A DNA stretch of 64,000 bases from Anaeromyxobacteraceae bacterium (lineage in GTDB: Bacteria; Myxococcota; Myxococcia; Myxococcales; Anaeromyxobacteraceae), in NCBI GenBank assembly GCA_032654565.1, contig JAULAX010000018.1, positions 416,001 through 480,000 of the forward strand, read 5' to 3'. Both the position numbers and the translations under genes were made by a program. Each line of letters starts with the position of its first letter. Position 1 is the first letter of the stretch. Of this stretch, positions 35,908 through 44,829 are shown in pieces. Below the pieces are notes generated by a model. The model was given only the letters and a program-made list of their open reading frames with translations. It searched no databases and was not told the DNA's origin.

Positions 35908-36930
35908 ATGGCTGGCGAGATCTACAAGAAGCCGATCACCCTGGCGCTGATGGCCACGGTGGCCATCCTCATCGGGTCGGTGGTGACCATGGCCTACCCC
36001 ATGCTGCGGGCCGACATGCACCCGAAGCTGGAGACGCTCAAGCCCTTCACGGCGCTGCAGCTGGCGGGGCGCGACATCTACCAGCGCGAGGGCTGCGTCG
36101 GTTGCCACACCCAGACGGTCCGGCCGCTGCCCAGCGAGGTGGCGCGCTACGGCGACTACTCCAAGGCCGGCGAGTTCGCCTACGACCACCCCTTCCTCTG
36201 GGGCTCGAAGCGGACCGGCCCGGACCTGGCCCGCGAGGGCGGGCTGCGCCCCGACGGCTGGCACTACCAGCACTACGCCAACCCCCAGGCGCTCTTCCCG
36301 AAGTCGAACATGCCCAGCTACGGCTGGCTCAAGGGGCGGCCGCTCGACCCGGCGGAGGTGGCGGCGCACCTGAACGCGCTCGGCATGGTCCACCCGGAGC
36401 TCAAGGCCGACCTGGCCGCGGTCCGCGCCCAGCTGGCCGGCAAGGACGAGCTCGACGCGCTGGTGGCCTACACCCAGCAGCTCGGCCACGCCGTGGCGCG
36501 GCGGCAGGGCGGCGTCGCCGACCTGACCCTGGAGAACCCGCTGGCGCACGACACCCAGGCGGTGGTGCTCGGCAAGAAGCTCTTCCTGGAGAACTGCTCC
36601 GCTTGCCACGGCGACGAGGGGCAGGGGACCGAGGGGGTGGCGCCGTCGCTGATCGACGACGCCTTCCTCGGCGAGAAGGGGGACCTCCCCGACGGCGCCT
36701 ACTACGCCTTGATCAGCGGCGGCTCGGACGCCAAGCCCATCGCCGGGCGCAAGGGTGACCCGGGCGGCGGCATGACCGCCTTCGGGGGCCAGCTCAAGAA
36801 GGACGAGATCTGGTCGCTCATCACCTGGCTGCGGAACCAGAAGGCCCACGAGGCGGCCGAGGGGCACGACGTGCCGCCGGCGGAGAAGGGCGCGAAGCCC
36901 GAGAAGCCCGAGAAGCAGGAGAAGAAGTGA
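35908..36930 (+). CDS. ccoO: cbb3 subunit II fused to an extra cytochrome c domain
   Basis: GRDIYQREGCVGCHTQ, LWGSKRTGPDL, second CSACH. Confidence 0.9.
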   Translation: MAGEIYKKPITLALMATVAILIGSVVTMAYPMLRADMHPKLETLKPFTALQLAGRDIYQREGCVGCHTQTVRPLPSEVARYGDYSKAGEFAYDHPFLWGSKRTGPDLAREGGLRPDGWHYQHYANPQALFPKSNMPSYGWLKGRPLDPAEVAAHLNALGMVHPELKADLAAVRAQLAGKDELDALVAYTQQLGHAVARRQGGVADLTLENPLAHDTQAVVLGKKLFLENCSACHGDEGQGTEGVAPSLIDDAFLGEKGDLPDGAYYALISGGSDAKPIAGRKGDPGGGMTAFGGQLKKDEIWSLITWLRNQKAHEAAEGHDVPPAEKGAKPEKPEKQEKK

Positions 36931-37229
36931 TGGGGGCCGACCAGATGGAGAACGAACTTCCCGACACCGCCGAGGCCATGGAACGCAAGGACACGGCGCA
37001 CACCGTCCCGGCCGGCTGGCTGCTGCTCTTCTTCGGCCTGATCGCCTGGGGCGCCTGGTACCTCTACATGTACTCGCCCTGGAGCACCGGCTGGTCCCAG
37101 GAGGGCCAGCTGGCCGCCGCCCCGGTCGAGACCGGCGGGAACATCTTCATGACCGTCCTCTTCACCGCCCTCCCCACCGCCGCGGCGATCGGCTTGTGGC
37201 TGATGCAGCGCGCCGCTAAGAAGGGGTGA
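36930..37229 (+). CDS. Small membrane protein resembling the CcoP N-terminal segment
   Basis: VPAGWLLLFFGLIAWGAWY, two TM segments, no CxxCH. Confidence 0.65.
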   Translation: MGADQMENELPDTAEAMERKDTAHTVPAGWLLLFFGLIAWGAWYLYMYSPWSTGWSQEGQLAAAPVETGGNIFMTVLFTALPTAAAIGLWLMQRAAKKG

Positions 37230-37239
37230 GCGAGGAACG

Positions 37240-37380
37240 ATGGCGCCGGACACCTTCTACCTGCTCTTCGGGATCACGCTCAGCGTGACCTTCGTCGGCA
37301 TCTGGATCTTCCTCTACTCCCGCAAGCGGCGCGAACACGTGGAGCAGGCGAAGTACAAGATGCTGGACGATGACGGGTAA
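37240..37380 (+). CDS. ccoQ: cbb3 small subunit (CcoQ-like)
   Basis: Own translation MAPDTFYLLFGITLSVTFVGIWIFLYSRKRREHVEQAKYKMLDDDG; GAGGA RBS; below the ORF-track cutoff. Confidence 0.78.
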   Translation: MAPDTFYLLFGITLSVTFVGIWIFLYSRKRREHVEQAKYKMLDDDG

Positions 37381-38596
37381 CGGCGCCATCCAGCGGTACC
37401 GCCGCGCCGCCGGGGCAGCCCAGGCGATCCTCTTCGTCGGCCTGCCCTTCCTGCGCGTGGGCGGCGAGAGCGCGCTCCGCTTCGACGTCCCCTCGCTGAC
37501 CCTGCACGTCTTCGGGGCCGGCGTCGGCGTCGACGAGCTCTTCGTCACCCTCCCGGCCCTCATCTTCCTCACCCTGCTGCTGCTGCTGGTGACCGTCGCC
37601 TTCGGGCGGGCCTGGTGCGGCTGGTCCTGCCCGCAGACGGTGCTCGGCGACCTGACCCGGCTGGTGCAGCCGTGGCCGGGCCGGGTGGCGCGTCCCTGGC
37701 GCCGGGCCGGGGGCTTCGCCCTCACGGCGCTGGTCTCGCTGGTGGCCGGCGCCGCCACCGTCTGGTACTTCGTGCCGCCGCTCTCCTTCCTCGGCGACCT
37801 GGCCGCCGGCCGGCTCGGCCCGGTGGCGGCCGGCGCCTGGGCGGTGCTCTCGGTGGTGCTCTTCCTCGACCTGGCCTTCGTCCGCGGTCGCTTCTGCGCC
37901 ACCGCCTGCCCCTACGCCCGGCTGCAGGGCGTGCTCTACGACGCCCACACCCTGACCATCGCCTACGACGAGCGGCGCGACGCCGACTGCGTCGACTGCG
38001 GCGCCTGCGTGCGCTGCTGCCCCACCGGCATCGACATCCGCGACGGCGCCCAGATGGAGTGCATCGCCTGCGCCGAGTGCATCGACGCCTGCCGGCCCAT
38101 CATGCTCAAGCTGAAACGGAAGACCGACCTGGTCGGCTACTTCTTCGGCGAGCCGGGGCGGGCCCGGCGGCTGGTGCGCCCGGCCACCGTCGGCCTGCTG
38201 GCGGCCACCCTGCTCTCGCTCGGCGCCACCGCGGCCGCGGCGTACACCGTGGCCGGGGCCGGCCTCGACCTCACCGTGGTGGTCGACAGCGGCTTCGCGC
38301 CCCGCCTGGCCCCGGACGGACGGGCGCTCATGGCCTACGTGGTCTCGCTGGAGAACCGCACCCGCTCGCCGGTCCAGGTCCGGCTCTCGCTGGCGGCCCC
38401 CGGGCTCGAGGTGGGGCTGCGGCCGCCCCGGGTGGCCCTCGGGGCCGGCGAGCACCGCCGCCTGCGCGTGGTCGCCGAGGCGCACGGGCCGGCGGGCCGC
38501 AGCGACGCCACCTTCACCGCCACCGTGGAGGGCGCCGGCGGGCCGGGCCAGATGCGGACCAGCCGCGCCTTCCTCCTCGTCCCGGAGTCGCCATGA
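37370..38596 (+). CDS. ccoG: CcoG/FixG 4Fe-4S membrane protein
   Basis: GRAWCGWSCPQT, FCATACPYARLQ, CVDCGACVRCCP, CIACAECIDAC. Confidence 0.9.
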   Translation: MTGNGAIQRYRRAAGAAQAILFVGLPFLRVGGESALRFDVPSLTLHVFGAGVGVDELFVTLPALIFLTLLLLLVTVAFGRAWCGWSCPQTVLGDLTRLVQPWPGRVARPWRRAGGFALTALVSLVAGAATVWYFVPPLSFLGDLAAGRLGPVAAGAWAVLSVVLFLDLAFVRGRFCATACPYARLQGVLYDAHTLTIAYDERRDADCVDCGACVRCCPTGIDIRDGAQMECIACAECIDACRPIMLKLKRKTDLVGYFFGEPGRARRLVRPATVGLLAATLLSLGATAAAAYTVAGAGLDLTVVVDSGFAPRLAPDGRALMAYVVSLENRTRSPVQVRLSLAAPGLEVGLRPPRVALGAGEHRRLRVVAEAHGPAGRSDATFTATVEGAGGPGQMRTSRAFLLVPESP

Positions 38597-39399
38597 AGCC
38601 GCTCATCGCCCTCGCCGCCGTCGCCGCCCTCGGCGCCGTGGCCGCCACCGTGGCCATCGGGATCCAGCTCAAGGAGCAGACGGTGGTGAGCGACCCCTAC
38701 GAGCACGGGCTCCGCTACGACCACGACCGGGCCGTCCGCTCCCGGCTCGGCTGGCAGGCCCGCTTCGAGGCGGCCGACCTGAGGCCGGGCGGCGCCGAGC
38801 TCCGCTTCGCGCTGGTGGACAAGGCCGGCGCGCCGGTCGAGGGGGCCGAGGTGAAGGTGGCGGTGACCCGGCCGGCCAGCCCGGGCGACGAGCGGCAGGG
38901 GAGCGCCCGGGCCCTGGGCGGCGGCCGCTACCTGGCCCCGGTCGGGTTCGCCGCGCCCGGCTTCTGGGATGTCCGGCTCGACGCCACCCGCGCCGGCGAC
39001 GCCGTCGGCCTGACCCAGCAGGTGCGGATCGAGGCCGGCGAGGGGGCCCCCTGCGACCTGGCGGCGGCCCCCTGCCGGGCGTCGGCCGGCGGGCTGCAGC
39101 TGACGCTCGACCTGGGGCGCACGCTCGCCACCATGAAGGACCTCCCCGTCACGGTGACCGTCACCCGCGGGGGCGCGCCGCTCGACGGCGTGGCCGTGGA
39201 GGTGAGCTTCGCCATGAAGGAGATGAACATGGGCGAGAACCGGGTCAGGCTGGCCGCGGCCGGCCCGGGCCGCCACACCGGCGTCGCCGTGCTGGTCCGC
39301 TGCCACAGCGGGCGAAGGGACTGGATCGCCACCGTCACCGTCCGCCCTGCCGGCGGCGCGCCGGTCTCGGCGGCCTTCCCCTTCCAGGTGCCTGGGTGA
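38593..39399 (+). CDS. FixH/CcoH-like protein with Ig-like (YtkA-like) domains
   Basis: N-terminal TM, VVSDPYEHGLRY, position in the cco operon, ATGA overlap. Confidence 0.72.
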   Translation: MKPLIALAAVAALGAVAATVAIGIQLKEQTVVSDPYEHGLRYDHDRAVRSRLGWQARFEAADLRPGGAELRFALVDKAGAPVEGAEVKVAVTRPASPGDERQGSARALGGGRYLAPVGFAAPGFWDVRLDATRAGDAVGLTQQVRIEAGEGAPCDLAAAPCRASAGGLQLTLDLGRTLATMKDLPVTVTVTRGGAPLDGVAVEVSFAMKEMNMGENRVRLAAAGPGRHTGVAVLVRCHSGRRDWIATVTVRPAGGAPVSAAFPFQVPG

Positions 39400-40139
39400 G
39401 CGCCGAGGCCGCCACCAGCCTGGCGGCGCAGGTCGGGGCCAGCGCGGCCACCGGCCTGCTGATGGGGTTCTCGCACTGCCTCGGCATGTGCGGACCGCTG
39501 GTGGCGTCGTTCGGGCTCTCCGCCGGGCCGGGGCCGGCGGCGACCTCCGCGGGCTCGCCGCCGGCGTCGTCCGGGACCGGTTCGGTGCTGCGGGCGGCCG
39601 CGGCGCAGCTCCCCTACCACCTCGGGCGCGTCACCACCTACGCCGCCATCGGCGCCGTCATGGGTGCCACCGGGGCCTTCGTCAACGTGGCCGGGCGGCT
39701 GGCCGGGGTGGGCGAGGTGGTGGCGCTGCTGGCCGGGGCGCTCATGGTGGCGCTGGGGCTGGGCGCCGCCGGCGTCACCGGGCCGCTGCGCCGGCTCGAG
39801 GCCGACGCCTCCGGCCGGGTCCTGCGGTGGCTCCGGCCGCTGCTGCAGGGCGGGCCGTCGCGCCTCTACCCGCTCGGCCTGGCGCTCGGCTTCCTGCCCT
39901 GCGGCGTCTCCTGGACCATCTTCCTCGGCTCGGCCGCCTCGGGGGGACCTGTCCCGGGGCTGCTGATGGCGCTGGCCTTCGGGCTGGCCACCGTGCCCGG
40001 GCTGCTGCTGCCGGCCCTGCTCGGCGCCGTCATCGGCCAGCGCGCCCGCGCCTCGCTGCGCCGCGCCGGCGGGCTGGTGGTGGCGGCGCTGGGCGTCCTC
40101 TTCATCCTGCGAGGCCTGGGCGTCCATGTCCCGCTGTGA
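39396..40139 (+). CDS. DsbD_2 / TauE-SafE-like membrane protein of cco operons
   Basis: SHCLGMCGP, YHLGRVTTY, GFLPCG. Confidence 0.85.
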   Translation: MSAEAATSLAAQVGASAATGLLMGFSHCLGMCGPLVASFGLSAGPGPAATSAGSPPASSGTGSVLRAAAAQLPYHLGRVTTYAAIGAVMGATGAFVNVAGRLAGVGEVVALLAGALMVALGLGAAGVTGPLRRLEADASGRVLRWLRPLLQGGPSRLYPLGLALGFLPCGVSWTIFLGSAASGGPVPGLLMALAFGLATVPGLLLPALLGAVIGQRARASLRRAGGLVVAALGVLFILRGLGVHVPL

Positions 40140-42630
40140 TCACTGCCTGGCCGCCTTCCCCGACGCGGAGGCGGTGCGGGAGCGCGACGGGGCGGCGGAG
40201 CGGATCTTCTGCTGCGCCGGCTGCCGCGGCGTCTGGCGGCTGGTCAGGGAGGAGGGGCTGGGGCGCTTCTACGACGAGCGGCGCTGGGAGGCCGACGGCC
40301 TGCCCGCCGCGGTCCGGCCCGGCGGCGCCCCGCCCGCCGACCTGACCGCCTACCGGCCGGTGCCGGCGGCCGACGGCAGCGTCGAGGTCGACGTGGCCAT
40401 CGAGGGGATCCGCTGCGCCTCCTGCGTCTGGCTCAACGAGCGGGTGCTGCAGCGCACCCCCGGGGTGCTGGCGGCGCGGGTCAACTACGCCACCCACCGG
40501 GCCCGCGTCCGCTACCTCCCGGCCACCGTGGCGCTGCCGGCGGTGCTGGCGCGCGTCCAGGCCGCCGGCTACCTGCCGCGCCCCTGGGTGGAGTCGGAGC
40601 AGGCCAGGGCCCGCGACGAGGAGGTGCGCGACCTGCTGATCCGCGTCGGCACCGCCTGGTTCCTGGCCTCGCAGCTGATGATCTACTCGGCGGCGCTCTA
40701 CGCCGGCTACTTCCAGGGGATGGACCGGGCCACCCGCTCGCTGCTGGAGTGGATCTCCATCGCCCTGGCCGCCCCGGTGCTCTTCTCCGCCGGCGCCCCG
40801 TTCTGGCGTTCGGCGCTGGCGGCCCTGCGCCACGGCCGCTTCAACATGGACTCGCTGGTGGTGCTCGGCTCGGGGTCGGCGCTGGCCTACTCGGCCTGGC
40901 AGGCGCTGCGCGGCGGCGAGGTCTGGAGCGACACCGCCGCCATGATCCCGACGCTGGTGCTGACCGGCCGCTACGTCGAGGCCCGGGCCCGCCGCACCGC
41001 CTCGGAGGCGGTGGCGCGGCTGGCTTCCTTGCGGCCGCGGGAGGCCTCGCTCGTCACCCGGGGTGAAGATGGCGTCACCAGCTGCCGGCGGGTCCCGGTG
41101 GAGCAGGTGCGGGTGGGGGACCGGCTGGAGGTGGCGCCGGGGGAGCGGATCGCGCTCGACGGCCGGGTGCTGGAGGGGCGCTCCGAGGCCGACGAGGCGC
41201 TGGTCACCGGCGAGTCGCGGCCGGTGGCGAAGTTCGCGGGGGAGCCGGTCATCGGCGGGACCATCAACCTGGCCGGGGCGCTCACCGTCGAGGTCACCCG
41301 GGTCGGCGCCGACACGCTGCTGGCCGGGATCATCCGCGCCGTCGACGAGGCGCAGGGGGCGAAGCCGAGGCTGCAGGCGCTGGCCGACCGGGCGGTGGGG
41401 GTCTTCGTGCCGCTGGTGCTGCTGCTGGGGGTGGCCACCCTGGCCGGCCACCTCTGGTCGGGGGCGCCGCCGGAGCGGGCGCTGCTCTCCGCCATCGCCG
41501 TGGTGGTGATCGCCTGTCCCTGCGCGCTGGGGCTGGCCACGCCGGTGGCGGTGCTGCTGGCCACCGGGCTGGCCACGGCGCGCGGCCTGCTGGTGAAGGG
41601 GGGCGACGCGCTGGAGGCGGCCGGGCGGGCCACCGAGGTGGTGCTCGACAAGACCGGGACGGTGACCCGGGGGCGGCCGGCGCTGCGGCGGCTGGTGGCG
41701 CTCGAGGGGGGCGACGAGGCGGCGCTGCTGCGGCTGGCGGCGGCGGTGGAGCGGCGCAGCGAGCACCACGTCGGCCGGGCGGTGGTCGAGGCGGCCCGGG
41801 CCCTGCCGGCGGCGGTCGAGCCGCGGGTCGAGGCGCTCCGGGTGGTGCCGGGGCGCGGGGTGGGGGCGCTGGTCGACGGCGCCGCGGTGCTGGTGGGCAG
41901 CCGCGCCTTCCTGGGGGAGGAGGGCGTTCCGGCCGGCGAGGCGGCGGCGCTGGCGGCTGGGCCGGAAGGGGAGGGCGACACCGTCGCCTGGCTGGCGCGG
42001 GGCGGGCGGGCGGTGGCCCTGCTGGTGGTGGCCGATCCCATCCGCGACGAGGCCCCGGCGGCGCTGGCGGCGCTGGCCGCGCTCGGCCTGCGCGTCACCC
42101 TGGTGAGCGGCGACGCCCGCGCCACCACCGCGGCGGTGGCGGCCCGGCTCGGGCTTCCCTTCGAGGCGGAGCGGACGCCGCAGGAGAAGCGGTCCTTCGT
42201 GGCGGCCCGCCAGGCGGCCGGCGCCCGGGTGCTCATGGTGGGCGACGGCATCAACGACGCCCCGGCGCTCACCCAGGCCGACGCCGGGGTGGCCATGGGG
42301 CGCGGCACCGACGTGACCATGGAGAGCGCCGACGCCGTGCTGGTGCGCGACGACCTGACGCTGCTGCCCGACCTGGTCCAGCTGGGGCGACGCGCCACCG
42401 GCATCATCAAGCAGAACGTCTTCTGGGCCTTCTTCTACAACGTGGTGGCCATCCCGCTGGCGGTGGCCGGCGTGCTCCACCCCATCGTCGGGGCGGCCGC
42501 CATGGCGGCGTCGAGCGCCTTCGTGGTCACCAACTCGCTGCGGCTGCGCCGGACCTTCGCGCCGCGCCCGGCGATGGCCGTGGCGGCGGGCGGGTCGGTC
42601 GGCCCGCGCGCCGTCGGGAGTGCGCCGTGA
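40126..42630 (+). CDS. ccoI: P1B-type copper ATPase
   Basis: CDHC, FCCAGC, CASC, TGES, CPC, DKTGT, SEH, GDGINDAP. Confidence 0.92.
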   Translation: MSRCDHCLAAFPDAEAVRERDGAAERIFCCAGCRGVWRLVREEGLGRFYDERRWEADGLPAAVRPGGAPPADLTAYRPVPAADGSVEVDVAIEGIRCASCVWLNERVLQRTPGVLAARVNYATHRARVRYLPATVALPAVLARVQAAGYLPRPWVESEQARARDEEVRDLLIRVGTAWFLASQLMIYSAALYAGYFQGMDRATRSLLEWISIALAAPVLFSAGAPFWRSALAALRHGRFNMDSLVVLGSGSALAYSAWQALRGGEVWSDTAAMIPTLVLTGRYVEARARRTASEAVARLASLRPREASLVTRGEDGVTSCRRVPVEQVRVGDRLEVAPGERIALDGRVLEGRSEADEALVTGESRPVAKFAGEPVIGGTINLAGALTVEVTRVGADTLLAGIIRAVDEAQGAKPRLQALADRAVGVFVPLVLLLGVATLAGHLWSGAPPERALLSAIAVVVIACPCALGLATPVAVLLATGLATARGLLVKGGDALEAAGRATEVVLDKTGTVTRGRPALRRLVALEGGDEAALLRLAAAVERRSEHHVGRAVVEAARALPAAVEPRVEALRVVPGRGVGALVDGAAVLVGSRAFLGEEGVPAGEAAALAAGPEGEGDTVAWLARGGRAVALLVVADPIRDEAPAALAALAALGLRVTLVSGDARATTAAVAARLGLPFEAERTPQEKRSFVAARQAAGARVLMVGDGINDAPALTQADAGVAMGRGTDVTMESADAVLVRDDLTLLPDLVQLGRRATGIIKQNVFWAFFYNVVAIPLAVAGVLHPIVGAAAMAASSAFVVTNSLRLRRTFAPRPAMAVAAGGSVGPRAVGSAP

Positions 42631-42809
42631 TCCTGACCGGGCTCATCCTCCTCTCCCTGGCGCTCGGCCTGGCCGCCTGGCTCGGCTTCGTCTGGTCGGT
42701 GAAGAGCGGCCAGTACGACGATCCGGAGGGGCCGAAGTACCGGATGCTGGACGAGGAGGAGGAGGAGGGGCTGCGGAAGCCGGGGCCGCCCGAGCCGCCG
42801 AGGGTGTGA
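42627..42809 (+). CDS. ccoS: cbb3 assembly protein CcoS
   Basis: TM segment followed by FVWSVKSGQYDDPEGP. Confidence 0.88.
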   Translation: MILTGLILLSLALGLAAWLGFVWSVKSGQYDDPEGPKYRMLDEEEEEGLRKPGPPEPPRV

Positions 42810-42978
42810 GCGTGGGGCGGGCGGTGCCGTGCCGGGCTGTCCTATCGTTGGGCTGCCCGATCATTGGGCTGTGAGATCGGTGGGCTCGCGCCGGGAAGCG
42901 GTGCCGTCTGTGCGGCGAAAGGCGTAGCGAGGGGCCGCGTGGGCGGGCGGCGCCCCGCGGGCGGTCGGAGTCGGCGGA

Positions 42979-43260
42979 CCTCGGACGTACCGAGAGTTCG
43001 TTCTGACGTCAGAACCGACTCAGCGTCCGCGTCGGCCGGTTCAGTCAACTGAACCGGGAATGACCCATCCCGGTCGGGGCCTCGGTGCCGGACATCAGCG
43101 GACTGAGAGTCCGGTTCGTGCGCACGAACTCGTACTGACCCGCCCCGCACGGAGTCCCTCCAACGCAACTTCGGACGTCAGAACTCGCGAAAGAGGGGCC
43201 AGGTTCGGGGCCCTCGGTCCTGACCGAGAGTAGTTCGAGGGCGGAAGGAGCGTCCGCGCG
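42979..43260. repeat. Palindrome-dense intergenic block with a GTAG REP-like copy
   Basis: GTTC-N8-GAAC at 43000, 43039 and 43114; CCTGACCGAGAGTAGTTCG at 43219-43237. Confidence 0.7.
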
Positions 43261-43290
43261 GCGGACCCCGCCAGCGAGCGTGCCGCGCCG

Positions 43291-43830
43291 TCAGCTCCGG
43301 GCCGACGCGGTCCTGCGTCGCGCCGTCCAGGCAGCCAGGCCGACCACCGCGGCCGGCAGCCAGACCCAGAGCAACTCGGAGCCGAGCACGGCCAACCCCC
43401 GCGACGTGAGGAACGCCCGCGGTGAGAGCGGCGAGACCCGGATCACCTGCACCGGCGCGAAGAATCGCTCCGCGCTCCAGGGCCAGAGCAGCGCCACGCC
43501 GAGCCCACCGGTGGTGACCATGTCGAGCAGCCCGTGGGAGGCGCTGGCCACGAAGAGGAACCAGAGCGAGGTGCCGACCGGCACCCGCCACCGCCTCAGC
43601 GCCAGGGCCCCGAGCAGCGCCACCACCACTGCGAACGTGAGCGAGTGGCTCATCCCGCGATGGCCGAGCTGATCGGCGTAGGAGATGCCGAAGCGGAAGG
43701 CGACCACGTCGAGGTCGGGGAGGATGGAGGCGGCGACGCCGGCCACCAGCAGCGGCCGGGGGACCACCGCTCGCCCGAGCCCGAGGCCGAGCGCGATCGG
43801 GACGGCCGGGTGGGAGAGGAGGGTGGGCAT
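43291..43830 (-). CDS. YdjM/YbcI-like inner-membrane metal-dependent hydrolase
   Basis: SH, ILPDLD, GHRGMSHS, SHGLLD motifs. Confidence 0.88.
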   Translation of the reverse strand: MPTLLSHPAVPIALGLGLGRAVVPRPLLVAGVAASILPDLDVVAFRFGISYADQLGHRGMSHSLTFAVVVALLGALALRRWRVPVGTSLWFLFVASASHGLLDMVTTGGLGVALLWPWSAERFFAPVQVIRVSPLSPRAFLTSRGLAVLGSELLWVWLPAAVVGLAAWTARRRTASARS

Positions 43831-44008
43831 GGAGGAAATCTAGAGCTTCGCCAAGCGATCGCAAGTCAAGGCATCGGGACGGGCGATGTCTCTGCCCTCG
43901 GTCAGGACTGCTCGATCTTCCGAAGCCCAGTCCAAACGTCTGGGCTCGCCTCCATCGGTCGCCAGTCCCGACGACGGGGAATCCCAGTCACTCGCGGTAG
44001 GATGTCGA

Positions 44009-44605
44009 ATGCTCCCCAGCATCCTGCTCCCGCTGCTCCTCGCCGCGACGATGCTGCCATCGCTCCGCGACGGCGACATCGTCTTCCAGACCTCGGCCTC
44101 GTCGCAGAGCGCCGCCATCCAGAAGGCGACCCGGTCCCCGTGGAGCCACATGGGAATCGTCTTCTTCCGCGAAGGTGCGCCGTTCGTCTACGAGGCGGTC
44201 GAACCGGTCAAGGCCACCCCGCTGGGCAAGTGGGTGGCGCGTGGGGTGGGAGGGCGGGTGGTGGTCAAACGGCTGAAGGATGCCGCCGCGGTGCTGACGC
44301 CGGAGGCGCTGCGATCGTTGCGCCGCGAGACTGAACGGATGATTGGCCGCCACTACGACCTCGCCTTCGGCTGGTCGGACGACCGGATCTACTGCTCGGA
44401 GCTGGTCTGGAAGGCCTACGAGCGGGCGGTCGGCCGGCGGATCGGAGGCCTGCAGCGCCTGCGCGACTTCGATCTCCAGGAGCCGCTGGTCAAGCGAAGC
44501 CTCAAGGAGCGGTATGGCGCGAGCCTGCCGCTGGATGAGCCGGTCATCTCCCCCGGGGCGATGTTCGACTCGGATGAGCTGGTGACGGTCGAGCCGGGGC
44601 ACTGA
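44009..44605 (+). CDS. YiiX/YebB-like permuted papain-like (NlpC/P60) enzyme
   Basis: [38 protein letters not shown]. Confidence 0.88.
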   Translation: MLPSILLPLLLAATMLPSLRDGDIVFQTSASSQSAAIQKATRSPWSHMGIVFFREGAPFVYEAVEPVKATPLGKWVARGVGGRVVVKRLKDAAAVLTPEALRSLRRETERMIGRHYDLAFGWSDDRIYCSELVWKAYERAVGRRIGGLQRLRDFDLQEPLVKRSLKERYGASLPLDEPVISPGAMFDSDELVTVEPGH

Positions 44606-44829
44606 CCGAGGCGACTCGGCCGCTCCGCCGCCCGCGCACGCCCTCCCTTTTCCCCCGCCGTGCCGCGCCCTTGCGGCCGCGGAATTTGTGGACCGCACCG
44701 GTCCCCGTAAGCGCGGAATCTCAGGCCTCTTTTCCCCTCGGCTGCGACCGTCGAGCGGCTGACACCCACCCCCCCGGCGTGCTATCTCATTCGCCCCACC
44801 GACCTACCACCAGACCCTTGGAGGACCAC

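Noticed and set aside
43000..43129. LexA/SOS operators for the ydjM-like gene
   Set aside because: They lie at the 3' end of that gene, and GTTC-N8-GAAC is not a LexA box arrangement I recognise
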